Source: Eledone cirrhosa (lineage: Eukaryota). From it: a stretch of DNA of 64,000 nucleotides. Location of the stretch: assembly GCA_964016885.1 (NCBI GenBank), contig OZ024744.1, forward strand, positions 9,672,001-9,736,000. The letters are read 5' to 3'. The notes under the pieces are model-generated. The model saw nothing but the letters and a program-made list of their open reading frames with translations. It was not told where the DNA came from and ran no database searches. Below, in pieces: positions 12,001-24,317 of this stretch; position 1 is the stretch's first letter, and each line of letters opens with the position of its first letter. Made by a program: the position numbers and the translations under genes.

Positions 12001-15000
12001 TGTAGTGTGGTGTAGTGTTGTGTGGTGTGGTGTAGTGTATTCTAGTGTAGTGCAGTGTAGTGTGGTGTGGTGTAGTGTGGTGTAGTGTGGTGTAGTGTAG
12101 TGTAGTGTAGTATAGTGCAGTGTAGTGTAGTGTGGTGTAGTGTAGTGTGGTGTAGTGCAGTGTGATGTAGTGTAGTGTGGTGTGGTCTAGTGTGGTGTAG
12201 TGTAGTGTGGTGTGGTGTTGTGTAGTGTGGTGTAGTGCAGTCTGGTGCAGTGTACTGTAGTGTGGTGTGGTGCAGTGTAGTGTGGTGTGGTGTAGTGTGG
12301 TGTAGTGCTGTGTGGTGCAGTTTAGTGTAGTGTAGTGTGGTGTAGTGTAGTGTGGTGTGGTGTAGCGTGGTGTAGTGTGGTGTGGTGTAGTGTGGTGTAG
12401 TGTAGTGTGGTGTAGTGTAGTATGGTGTGGTGTGGTGTAGTATAGTGTGGTGTGGTGTAGTATAGTATGGTGTGGTGTAGTGTGGTGTAGTGTAGTGTGG
12501 TGTAGTGTGGTGTGGTGTGTTGTAGTGTAGTGTGATGAAGTGTGGTGTATAGTATTGTAGTGTGGTGTAGTGTAGTGTGGTGTGGTGTGGTGTCGTATAG
12601 TGTGGTTATGTGTAGTGTAATGAAGTTTGGTGTAGTGTAGTGTGGTGTAGTGTAGTGTAGTCTAATGTGGTGTGGTGTGGTGTGGTGTAATGTAGGGTGG
12701 TGTGGTGTAATGTAGTATGGTGTGGTGTAGTGTAGTGTAGTATGGTGTATTGTATTGTAATGAAGTGTGGTGTAGTGTAGTGTGGTGTAGTATAGTGTGG
12801 TGTAGAGCAGTGTAGTATGGTGTAGTGTAGTGTAATGAAGTGTGGTGTAGTGTAGTGTAGTGTAGTGTAATGTAGTGTAGTGTAGTGTAGTGTGGTGTAT
12901 TGCAGTGTGGTGTAGTGTAGTGTGGTGTGGTGTAGTGTATTGTAGTGTAGTGTGGTGCAGTGTGGTGTGGTGTAGTGTGGTGTAGTGTAGTGTGGTGTAG
13001 TGTAGTGTGGTGTGGTGTAGTGTGGTGTAGTGTAGTGTGGTGTAGTGTAGTGTAATGTAGTGTGGTGTGGTGTAGTATGGTGTAGTGTGGTGCAGTGTAG
13101 TGTAGTGTGGTGTGGTGTGGTGTAATGTAGTATGGTGTGGTGTAGTGTAGTGTAGTGTAGTATGGTGTATTGTATTGTAATGAAGTGTAGTGTAGTGTGG
13201 TGTAGTATAGTGTGGTGTAGAGTAGTGTAGTATGGTGTAGTGTAGTGTAATGAAGTGTGGTGTAGTGAAGTGTGGTGTAATGAAGTGTAGTGTAGTGTAG
13301 TGTGGTGTGTAGTGTAGTGTAGTGTAATGTGGTGTAGTGTAGTGTGGTGTGTAGTGTAGTGTAGTGTAGTGTAGTGTAGTGTGGTGTATTGCAGTGTGGT
13401 GTAGTGTAGTGTCTTGTGGTGTAGTGTAATGAAGTGTGGTGTAGTGTATTGCAGTGTAGTGTGGTGTAGTGTGGTGTAGTGTAGTGTGGTGTAATGTGGT
13501 GTGGTGTAGTGTGGTGTGGTGTAGTGTGGTGTGGTGTAGTATGGGGTAGTGGGGTGTGGTGCAGTTTAGTGTAGTGTGGTGTGGTGCAGTGTGGTGTAGT
13601 GCAGTGTAGTGTAGTGTGGTGTAGTGTGGTGTAGTGTGGTGCAGTGTAGTGTAGTGTGGTGTAGTGTAGTGTGGTGTGGTGTTGTGTGGTGTAGTGTAGT
13701 ATAGTGTGGTGTAGTACAGTGTAGTGTGGTGTGGTGTAGTGTAGTGTAGTGTGGTGCAGTGTCGTGTATTGTGGTGTGGTGTAGTGTGGTGCAGTGTAGT
13801 GTAGTGTGGTGTAGTGTAGTGTCGTGTGGTGTAGTGTAGTGTAGTATCGTGTGGTGTAGTCCAGTGTAGTGTGGTGTGGTGTAGTTTAGTATAGTGCAGT
13901 GTCGTGTGGTGTGGAGTAGTGAAGTGTAGTGTGGTGTGGTGTAGTGTAGTATGGTGTAGTGTGATGTGGTCTAGTGTGGTGTAGTGTTGTGTGGTGTGGT
14001 GTGGTGTAGTGTAGTGTAGTACAGTGTAGTATGGTGCAGTGTAGTGTGGTGTAGTGTGGTGTGGTGTAGCGTGGTGTAGTGTGGCGTGGTGTAGTGTGGT
14101 GTGGTATGGTGTAGTGTAGTGTGGTGTGGTGTAGTATAGTGTGGTTTCGTGTGGTGTGGTGTAGTGTGGTGTGGTGTAGTGTGGTGTAGTGTAGTGTAGT
14201 GTAGTGTAATGTAGGGTAGTGTGGTGTAGTGTGGTGTGCTGTGGTGTGGTGTAGTGTAGTGTGGTGTGGTGCAGTGTAGTGTAGTGTGGTGCAGTGTAGT
14301 GTAGTGTGGTGTGGTGTAGTGTGGTGTAGTGTGGTGTGGTGTAGTGTAGTGTAGTATAGTGTGGTGTAGTGCAATGTAGTGTGGTGTAGTGTAGTATAGT
14401 GTAGTGTGGTGTAGTGCAGTGTGGTGTAGTGTCGTGTGGTGTAGTGTGGTGTGGTGTAGTGTAGTGTGGTGTGGTGTAGTGTGGTGTAGTGTAGTGTAGT
14501 GTAGTGTAATGTAGGATAGTGTGGTGTGCTGTGGTGTAGTGTGGTGTGGTGTAGTGTAGTGTGGTATGGTGCAGTGTAGTGTAGTGTGGTGCAGTGTAGT
14601 GTAGTGTGGTGTGGTGTAGTGTGGTGTTGTGTGGTGTGGTGTAGTGTAGTGTAGTATAGTGTGGTGTAGTGCAATGTAGTGTGGTGTAATGTGGTGTAGT
14701 GTAGTGTGGTGTAGTGTAGTGTGGTGTAGTGCAGTGTGGTGTAGTGTGGTGTGGTGTAGTGTAGTGTGATGTAGTGCAGTGTGGTGCAGTGTAGTGTGGT
14801 GTGGAGTGGTGTAGTGTAGTATCGTGTGGTGCAGTGCAGTGTAGTGTGATGTGGTGTAGTGTAGTGTAGTGTGGTGTGGTGTAGTGTAGTGTGGTGTGGT
14901 GTAATGTGGTGTGGTGTGGTGTAGTGTGGCGTGGTGTAGTATGGTGTAGTGTGGTGTAGTGTAGTGTGGTGTAGTGTGGTGTTGTGTGGTGCAGTGTAGT

Positions 15001-18000
15001 GTGGTGTAGTGTGCTGTGGTGTAGTGCAGTGTGGTGTAGTGTGGTGTAGTGCAGTGTGGTGTAGTGTAGTGAGGTGTGGTCTAGTGTGGTGTAGTGTTGT
15101 GTGGTGTAGTGTGGTGCAGTGTAGTGTAGTGCAGTGTGGTGCAGTGTAGTGTAGTGCAGTGTGGTGTGGTGTAGTGTAGTGTGGTGTGGTGCAATGTAGT
15201 GTAGTGTGGTGTAGTGTGGTGTGGTGTAGTGTGGTGTAGTGCAATGTAGTATAGTGTGGTGTGTGGTGTAGTGCGGTATGGTCTATTGTGGTGTATTGTG
15301 TTGTAGTGTAGTTTGGTGTAGTGTAGTGTGGTGTGGTGTGGTGTGGTGTGGTGTAGTGTAGTGTGGTGTAGTGTAGTATAGTGTGGTGTAATGCAGTATA
15401 GTGTGGTCTGGTGTAGTTTAGTATAGTGCAGTGTAGTGTGGTGTGGTGTAGTGTAGTTTGGTGTAGTGAAGTGTGTTGCAGTGTAGTGTGGTGTGGTGTA
15501 GTGTTGTGTGGTGTAGTTTGATGTGGTCTAGTGTGGTGTAGTGTAGGGTTGTGTGGTGTAGTGTAGTGTAGTACAGTGTAGTGTAGTGTGGTGTAGTGTG
15601 GTATGGTGTAGCGTGGTGTAGTGTGGTGTGGTGTGGTGTAGTATAGTGTGGTTTCGTGTGGTGTGGTGTAGTGTAGTGTAATGTAGGGTAGTGTGGTGTG
15701 CTGTGGTGTAGTGTAGTGTGGTGTGGTGCAGTGTAGTGTAGTGTGGTGTAGTGCAATGTAGTGTGGTGTAATGTGGTGTAGTGTAGTGTGGTGTAGTGCA
15801 GTGTGGTGCAGTGTAGTGTAGTGTAGTGTGGAGTGGTGTAGTGTAGTATAGTGTGGTGCAGTGTAGTGTAGTGTGGTGTAGTGTAGTGTAGTGTGGTGTG
15901 GTGTAGTGTGGTGTGGTGTGGTGTAGTGTGGTGTGGTGTAGTATGGTGTACTGTGGTGTAGTGTAGTGTGGTGTGGTGTAGTGGGTGTGGTATAGTATGA
16001 TGTAGTGAGGTTTGGTGCTGTGTAGTGTGGTGTGGTGCAGTGTGCTGTGTTGTAGTGTGGTGTAGTGCAGTGTGTTGTTGTGTGGTGTAGTGCAGTGTGG
16101 TCTAGTGTGGTGTAGTGTTGTGTGGTGTGGTGTGGTGTAGTGTAGTGTGGTGTAGTGTAGTGTGGTGTGGTGTAGTGTAGTAGAGTGTGGTGTAGTACAG
16201 TGTAGTGTAGTGTGGTATAGTGTAGTGTAGTGTGGTGCAGTGTAGTGCAGTGTGGTGTGGTGTAGTGTAGTGTGGTGTGGTGCAATGTAGTGTAGTGTGG
16301 TGTAGTGTGGTGTGGTGTAGTGCAATGTAGTATAGTGTGGTGTTATGTGGTGTAGTGCGGTATGGTCTATTGTGGTGTAGTGTTGTGTGGTGTGGTGTAG
16401 TGTAGTGTGGTGTAGTGTGGTGTAGTGCAGTGTGGTGCAGTATAGTGTGGTGTAGTGTGTTGCAGTGTAGTGTAGTGTGGTGTGGTGTGGTATATAGTGG
16501 TGTAGTACAGTGTAGTGTGGTGTAGTATAGTGTGGTTTTGTGTGGTGTGGTGTAGTGTGGTGTAGTGTAGTGTAGTGTGGTGTGGTGTGGTGTAGTGTGG
16601 TTCAGTGTAGTGTGGTGTGGTGTAGTGTGGTGTAGTGTTGTGTAGTGTAGTGTGGTGTAGTGTGCTGTAGTGTGGTGTGGTGTAGTGTAGTGCAGTGTGG
16701 TGTAGTGTGGTGCAGTGTAGTGTAGTGTGGTGTAGTGTAATGTGGTGTGGTGTAGTGTGGTGTAGTGTAGTGTGGTGTAGTGTAGTGTGGTGTAGTGCAG
16801 TGTGGTGTAGTGTAGTGTAGTGTAGTGTGGTGTAGTGTAATGAAGTGTGGTGTAGTGTATTGTAGTGTGGTGTAGTGTGGTGTGGTGTAGTGTGGTGTAG
16901 TGTAGTGTGGTGTAATGTGGTGTGGTGTAGTGTGGTGTGGTGTAGTGTGGTGTGGTGTAGTATGGGTAGTGGTGTGTGGTGCAGTGTAGTGTAGTGTGGT
17001 GTGGTGCAGTGTGGTGTAGTGCAGTGTAGTGTAGTGTGGTGTAGTGTGGTGTAGTGTGGTGTAGTGTAGTGTAGTGTAGTGTAGTGTAGTGTGGTGTGGT
17101 GTTGTGTGGTGTAGTGTAGTATAGTGTGGTGTAGTGTGGTGTGGTGTGGTGTGGTATAGTGTAGTGTAGTGTAGTGTGGTGCAGTGTAGTGTAGTGTGGT
17201 GTGGTGTAGTGTAGTGTGGTGCAGTGTAGTGTAGTGTGGTGTAGTGTAGTGTCGTGTGGTGTAGTGTGGTGTAGTATCGTGTGGTGTAGTGTGGTGTGGT
17301 GTAGTTTAGTATAGTGCAGTGTCGTGTGGTGTGGAGTAGTGAAGTGTGGTGCAGTGTGGTGTGGTGTGGTGTAGTGTAGTATGGTGTAGTGTGATGTGGT
17401 CTAGTGTGGTGTAGTGTAGTGTTGTGTGGTGTGGTGTGGTGTAGTGTGGTGTAGTGTAGTGTAGTACAGTGTAGTCTGGTGTAGTATGGTGCAGTGTAGT
17501 GTGGTGTGGTGTGGTGTAGCGTGGTGTAGTGTGGCGTGGTGTAGTGTGGTGTGGTATGGTGTAGTGTGGTGTAGTGTAGTGTGGTGTGGTGTAGTATAGT
17601 GTGGTTTCGTGTGGTGTGGTGTAGTGTGGTGTGGTGTAGTGTGGTGTAGTGTAGTGTAGTGTGGTGCAGTGTAGTGTGGTGTAGTGTGGTGTGGTGTAGT
17701 GTAGTGTAGTATAGTGTGGTGTAGTGCAATGTAGTGTGGTGTAATGTGGTGTAGTGTAGTATAGTGTAGTGTGGTGTAGTGTAGTGTAGTGTGGTGTAGT
17801 GCAGTGTGGTGTAGTGTCGTGTGGTGTAGTGTAGTGTCGTGTGGTGTAGTGTAGTGTGGTGTAGTGCAGTGTGGTGCAGTGTAGTGTAGTGTAGTGTGGT
17901 GTGGAGTGGTGTAGTGTAGTATCGTGTGGTGCAGTGCAGTTTAGTGTGATGTGGTGTAGTGTAGTGTGGTGTGGTGTAGTGTAGTGTGGTGTGGTGTAAT

Positions 18001-21000
18001 GTGGTGTGGTGTGGTGAAGTGTGGTGTGGTGTAGTATGGTGTAGTGTGGTGTAGTGTAGTGTGGTGTGGTGTAGTGTGCTGTGGTGTAGTGTGGTGTAGT
18101 GCAGTGTGGTGTAGTGTAGTGAGGTGTGGTCTAGTGTGGTGTAGTGTTGTGTGGTGTAGTGTGGTGCAGTGTAGTGTAGTGCAGTGTGGTGTGGTGTAGT
18201 GTAGTGTGGTGTGGTGCAATGTAGTGTAGTGTGGTGTGGTGTAGTGTGGTGTAGTGCAATGTAGTATAGTGTGGTGTAGTGTGGTGTAGTGCGGTATGGT
18301 CTATTGTGGTGTATTGTGTTGCAGTGTAGTGTAGTTTGGTCTAGTGTAGTGTGGTGTGGTGTGGTGTAGTGTAGTGTGGTGTAGTGTAGTGTAGTATAGT
18401 GTGGTGTAATGCAGTGTAGTGTGGTCTAGTGTAGTTTAGTATAGTGCAGTGTAGTGTGGTGTGGTGTAGTGTAGTTTGGTGTAGTGCAGTGTGGTGCAGT
18501 GTAGTGTGGTGTGGTGTGGTGTAGTGTTGTGTGGTGTAGTTTGATGTGATCTAGTGTGGTGTAATGTAGGGTAGTGTGGTGTAGTGCAGTGTGGTGTAGT
18601 GTGGTGTAGTGTGGTGTAGTGTAGTGTGGTGTAGTGTATTGTAGTGTGGTGTAGTGTGGTGTAGTGTGGTGTGGTCTAGTGTGGTCTAGTGTTGTGTGGT
18701 GTAGTGTGGTGTAGTGTGGTGTAGTGGAGTGTGGTGCAGTGTAGTGTAGTGTAGTGTGGTGTGGTGCAGTGTAGTGTGGTGTGGTGTAGTGTATTGTGGT
18801 GTGGTGTAGTGTAGTGTAGTGTAGTGTAGTGTGGTGTATTGCAGTGTGGTTTAGTGTAGTGTGGTGTACTGTGGTGTGGTTTAGTGTGGTGTATTGTAGT
18901 GTTGTGTGGTGTGGTGTAGTGTGGTATAGTGTAGTGTAGTGCAGTGTAGTGTAGTGTGGTGTAGTGTGGTATAGTGTAGTGTAGTGCAGTGTAGTGTAGT
19001 GTGGTGTAGTGTGGTGCATTGTAGTGCGGTGTAGTGTAGTGTGGTGTAATGTAGTGTAGTGTAGTGTGGTGTGGTGTAGTGCAGTGTAGTGTAGTGTGGT
19101 GTAGTGCAGTGTGGTGTAGTGTGGTGTAGTGTGGTGTGGTCTAGTGTGGTGTAGTGTAGTGTTGTGTGGTATAGTGTAGTGCAGTGTAGTGTAGTGTGGT
19201 GTAGTGTGGTGCAGTGTAGTGTGGTCTAGTTTAGTGTGGTATGGTGTGGTGTAGTCTAATATAGTGTGGTGTCGTGTAGTGTGGTGTGGTGTAGTGTGGT
19301 GTGTTGCAGTGTGGTGCAGTGTAGTGTGGTGTGGTCTAGTGTGGTGTAGTGTGGTGTAGTGTAATGTGGTGTTGTGTGGTGTATTGTAGTGTGGTGTAGT
19401 GTAGTGTGGTGTAGGTAGTGGGGTGTAGTGTAGTGTAGTGTAATGTAGGTAGTGTGGTGTAGTGCAGTGTGGTGTAGTGTGGTGTAGTGTAGTGTGGTGT
19501 AGTGTAGTGTGGTGTAGTGCAGTGAAGTGTAGTGTAGTGTAGTGTAGTGTGGTGTGGTGTAGTGTAGTGTGGTGTAGTGCAGTGAAGTGTAGTGTAGTGT
19601 AGTGTGGTGTGGTGTGGTGTAGTGTAGTGTAGTGTGGTGTAGTGCAGTGAAGTGTAGTGTAGTGTAGTGTAGTGTGGTGTGGTGTAGTATGGTGTAGTGC
19701 AGTGTAGTGTAGTGTGGTGTGGTGTAGTATAGTGTAGTGTGGTGTAGTGCAGTGCGGTGTAGTGTAGTGTGGTGTGGTGTGGTGTGGTGTGGTGTGGTGT
19801 GGTGTGGTGTGGTGTAGTATAGTGTGGTATGGTGTAGTATAGTATGGTGTGGTGTAGTGTAGTGTGGTGTAGTTTAGTGTAGTGTGGTGTAGTGTGGTGC
19901 GGTATGTTGTAGTGTAGTGTAATGAAGTATGGTGTATAGTATTGTAGTCTGGTGTAGTGTAGTGTGGTGTGGTGTGGTGTGGTGTAGTATAGTGTGGTGT
20001 AGTGTAGTGTAGTATGGTGTAGTGTAGTGTAATGAAGTGTGGTGTAGTGTGGTGTAGTGTAGTGTGGTGTAGTGTAGTGTATACTAATGTGGTGTGGTGT
20101 GGTGTAATGTAGGGTGGTGTGGTGTAATGTAGTATGGTGTGGTGTGGTGTAGTGTAGTGTAGTATGGTATATTGTATTGTAATGAAGTGTGGTGTAGTGT
20201 AGTGTGGTTTAGTATAGTGTGGTGTCGTGTAGTGTGGTGTGGTGTAGTGTGGTGTGTTGCAGTGTGGTGTGGTCTAGTGTGGTGTAGTGTGGTGTAGTGT
20301 AATGTGGTGTGGTGTGGTGTATTGTAGTGTGGTGTAGTGTAGTGTGGTGTGTAGTGTAGTGTAGTGTAATGTAGGTAGTGTGGTGTAGTGCAGTGTGGTG
20401 TAGTGTGGTGTGGTGTAGTGTAGTGTGGTGTAGTGCAGTGAAGTGTAGTGTAGTGTAGTGTAGTGTGGTGTAGTGTAGTGTGGTGTAGTGCAGTGAAGTG
20501 TAGTGTAGTGTAGTGTAGTGTGGTGTGGTGTAGTGTGGTGTAGTGCAGTGTAGTGTAGTGTGGTGTGGTGTAGTATAGTGTAGTGTGGTGTAGTGCAGTG
20601 CGGTGTAGTGTAGTGTGGTGTGGTGTGGTGTGGTGTGGTGTGGTGTGGTGTAGTATAGTGTGGTATGGTGTAGTATAGTATGGTGTGGTGTAGTTTAGTG
20701 TAGTGTGGTGTAGTGTGGTGCGGTATGTTGTAGTGTAGTGTAATGAAGTATGGTGTATAGTATTGTAGTCTGGTGTAGTGTAGTGTGGTGTGGTGTGGTG
20801 TAGTATAGTGTGGTGTAGTGTAGTGTAGTATGGTGTAGTGTAGTGTAATGAAGTGTGGTGTAGTGAAGTGTGGTGTAATGAAGTGTAGTGTAGTGTAGTG
20901 TAGTGTAGTGTGGTGTATTGCAGTGTGGTGTAGTGTAGTGTGGTGTGGTGTAGTGTAATGAAGTGTGGTGTAGTGTAGTGTAGTGTGGTGCAGTGTGGTG

Positions 21001-23376
21001 TGGTGTAGTGTAGTGTAGTGTGGTGTAGTGTAGTGTGGTGGGGTGTAGTGTGGTGTACTGTAGTGTAGTGTAGTGTAGTATAGTGTAGTGTAATGTAGTG
21101 TGGTGTAGTGTATTGTAGTATGGTGTAGTGTAGTGTAGTGTAATGTAGTGTGGTGTGGTGTGGTGTAGTGTGGTGTAGCGTGGTGTAGTGTGGTGTGGTG
21201 TGGTGTGGTCTGGTGTAGTGTAGTGTAGTGTGGTGTATTGTAGTGTGGTGTAGTGTAGTGTAGTGTAGTGTGGTGTAATGTAGGCTGGTGTGGTGTACTG
21301 TAGTATGGTGTGGTGTAGTGTAGTGTAGTGTAGTGTAGTGTAGTGTAGTGTAGTGTAGTGTAGTGTAGTGTGGTGTAGTGCAGTGTGGTGTAGTGTACTG
21401 TAGTGTAGTGTGGTGTAGTGTAGTGTGGTGTATTGTAGTGTGGTGTAATGTAGGCTGGTGTGGTGTAGTGTAGTGTAGTGTAGTGTAGTGTAGTGTAGTG
21501 TAGTGTAGTGTAGTGTAGTGTAGTGTAGTGTAGTATGTTGTATTGTAGTGTAATGAAGTGTGGTGTAGTGTAGTGTAATTAAGTGCGGTATAGTGTAGTG
21601 TGGTGTGGTGTGGTGTGGTGTGTAGTGTAGTGTAGTATGGTATATTGTATTGTAATGAAGTGTGGTGTAGTGTAGTGTGGTTTAGTATAGTGTGGTGTCG
21701 TGTAGTGTGGTGTGGTGTAGTGTGGTGTGTTGCAGTGTGGTGTGGTCTAGTGTGGTGTAGTGTGGTGTAGTGTAATGTGGTGTGGTGTGGTGTATTGTAG
21801 TGTGGTGTAGTGTAGTGTGGTGTAGGTAGTGGTGTGTAGTGTAGTGTAGGTAGTGTGGTGTAGTGCAGTGTGGTGTAGTGTGGTGTGGTGTAGTGTAGTG
21901 TGGTGTAGTGCAGTGAAGTGTAGTGTAGTGTAGTGTAGTGTAGTGTAGTGTAGTGTGGTGTGGTGTAGTGTAGTGTGGTGTAGTGCAGTGAAGTGTAGTG
22001 TAGTGTGGTGTAGTGTGGTGTAGTGCAGTGTAGTGTAGTGTGGTGTGGTGTAGTATAGTGTAGTGTGGTGTAGTGTAGTGTAGTGTGGTGTGGTGTGGTG
22101 TGGTGTGGTGTGGTGTGGTGTGGTGTGGTGTGGTGTGGTGTAGTATAGTGTGGTATGGTGTAGTATAGTATGGTGTGGTGTAGTGTAGTGTGGTGTGGTG
22201 TAGTGTGGTGTAGTTTAGTGTAGTGTGGTGTAGTGTGGTGCGGTATGTTGTAGTGTAGTGTAATGAAGTATGGTGTATAGTATTGTAGTCTGGTGTAGTG
22301 TAGTGTGGTGTGGTGTGGTGTAGTATAGTGTGGTGTAGTGTAGTGTAGTATGGTGTAGTGTAATGAAGTGTGGTGTAGTGAAGTGTGGTGTAATGAAGTG
22401 TAGTGTAGTGTAGTGTAGTGTGGTGTATTGCAGTGTGGTGTAGTGTAGTGTGGTGTGGTGTAGTGTAATGAAGTGTGGTGTAGTGTAGTGTAGTGTGGTG
22501 CAGTGTGGTGTGGTGTAGTGTAGTGTAGTGTGGTGTAGTGTGGTGGGGTGTAGTGTGGTGTAGTGTAGTGTAGTGTAGTGTAGTGTAGTGTAGTGTAGTA
22601 TGGTGTAGTGTGGTGTAGTGTAGTGTGGTCTGGTGTGGTCTGGTGTAGTGTAGTGTAGTGTAATGAAGTGTGGTGTAGTGTATTGTAGTATGGTGTAGTG
22701 TAGTGTAGTGTAGTGTAGTGTAGTGTAGTGTAATGTAGTGTGGTGTGGTGTAGTGTGGTGTAGCGTGGTGTAGTGTAGTGTGTTGTGGTCTGGTGTAGTG
22801 TAGTGTAGTGTAGTGTAGTGTAGTGTAGTGTAGTGTGGTGTATTGTAGTGTGGTGTAGTGTAGTGTAGTGTAGTGTAGTGTGGTGTAATGTAGGCTGGTG
22901 TGGTGTACTGTAGTATGGTGTGGTGTGGTGTAGTGTAGTGTAGTGTATTGTAGTGTGGTGTAATGTAGGCTGGTGTGGTGTACTGTAGTATGGTGTGATG
23001 TGGTGTAGTGTAGTGTAGTGTAGTGTAGTGTAGTGTAGTGTAGTGTAGTGTAGTGTAGTGTAGTGTAGTGTAGTGTAGTATGTTGTATTGTAGTGTAATG
23101 AAGTGTGGTGTAGTGTAGTGTAATTAAGTGCGGTGTAGTGTAGTGTGGTGTGGTGTGGTGTGTAGTGTAGTGTAGTGTAGTGTAGTGTAGTGTGGTGTGG
23201 TGTGGTGTATTGCAGTGTAGTGTGGTGTAGTGTAATGAAGTGTGGTGTGGTGTGGTGTGGTGTGGTGTGGTGTAGTGTCGTGTCGCATGGCGTAGTGTGG
23301 TGTTGTGTAGTGTAGCGTGGTGTAGTGTAATGAAGTGTGGTGTAGTGCAGTGCAGTGCGGTGCGGTGTGGTGTGGT
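1..23376 (+). repeat. Pentanucleotide satellite (TAGTG/TGGTG)n, G/T-rich on + strand, with interspersed variant units and kb-scale internal duplications
   Basis: Continuous 5-bp periodicity with variants CAGTG, TAGTA, TAATG, TCGTG. The His/Thr/Tyr/Leu/Pro ORFs on the - strand are translations of this repeat. The array runs off the left edge of the window. Confidence 0.98.
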
Positions 23377-23759
23377 ACACCTCACTTCATTACACTACAC
23401 TACACCACACTACACTACCTCACACTTCATTACACTACACTACAGTACACCCACCACACCACACTACACTACACTACACTACACTACACTACACTACATC
23501 ACACTACACTACCCTACATCACACTTCATTACACTACATCACACCACACTACACCACACTGCATTACACTACACACGACACCACACCACACCACATTACA
23601 CTACACTACACTTCACTACACTACACCACACCATACTACACCACACTACACCACACCACACTACACCACACCACACCACACCACACTACACCACACCATA
23701 CCACACCACACTACACTACACTACACCACACAACACCACACTATACCACACTACACCAT
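23377..23759 (-). repeat. Same pentamer satellite in inverted orientation (CACTA/CACCA on +)
   Basis: Abrupt switch at ...gtgtggt|acacctcacttcattacactacac; C/A-rich pentamers continue to ~23759. Confidence 0.95.
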
Positions 23760-23799
23760 CGTATGTAGCACGATGGCAGTAAGCAACAAATCTACAGAG

Positions 23800-24140
23800 A
23801 TTGTAGTGGAGGCTGGACATCTAGTGTTACCTCGACCACGTGGACGTTCTGAACTCCACTCAATTTTGTAAACCTCCAGACGATTACAGTGGAAACTGGG
23901 CCTCCAGTTAACCCTCTGCCGTCTGTGAACGTTTTATCGTGGGTCCTCAATTCTGTAGAGGTCCAGATTTGAGGGACGGAGAGACTGGACGGTGACAGTG
24001 GAAACTGGACGTCCAGTCTCCAGACAATATACGCCGATGTGAACGTCTTATCTCGGGTCCTCAATTCCGTAGACGTTCAGAGTTGAGGGACGAATGGACG
24101 TCCAGGAAATGGATGGAAAATTGGACTTCATTCAGACAGT
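23800..24140. repeat. Degenerate ~85-115 bp tandem repeat (about 3 units) with internal hairpins; origin unknown
   Basis: Recurring blocks gtgga(a/g)(a/g)ctgg at ~23806/23889/23998, gtg(a/g)acgt, ctcaatt(t/c)(t/c)gta and tgagggacg at ~23970/24084. Perfect palindrome actggacgtccagt at 24004-24017. Confidence 0.7.
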
Positions 24141-24317
24141 GGGGGTGAAGTTAGCTCAAAGTTACGTAGCCCGCTTCGAGTAGATTGTGATGTTTTGGTG
24201 AATGCACAATTTGGGGTCATGTTGCCAATGCCAATGAAACTGAATATTAGTGACTGAGGCCAAAGTATCTGACAACGAAGATGGCCCGTTGCTGTCCAGT
24301 GTCATCGAAATATCTTT

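Noticed and set aside
1-23376. Telomeric repeat array
   Set aside because: It is not TTAGGG, it is highly variant, and the G-rich strand points toward the interior rather than toward a left chromosome end.
101-23871. Long His/Thr/Tyr/Leu/Pro-rich ORFs (up to 1098 aa) and Cys/Ser/Val/Trp ORFs
   Set aside because: They are translations of a 5-bp repeat whose C-rich strand rarely contains stops. They are open in several frames at once and mostly have non-ATG starts.
23975-24025. Hammerhead ribozyme
   Set aside because: GAAAC...GTC is present, but there is no intact CUGANGA box and no stem II. Kept only as an unassigned structured repeat.
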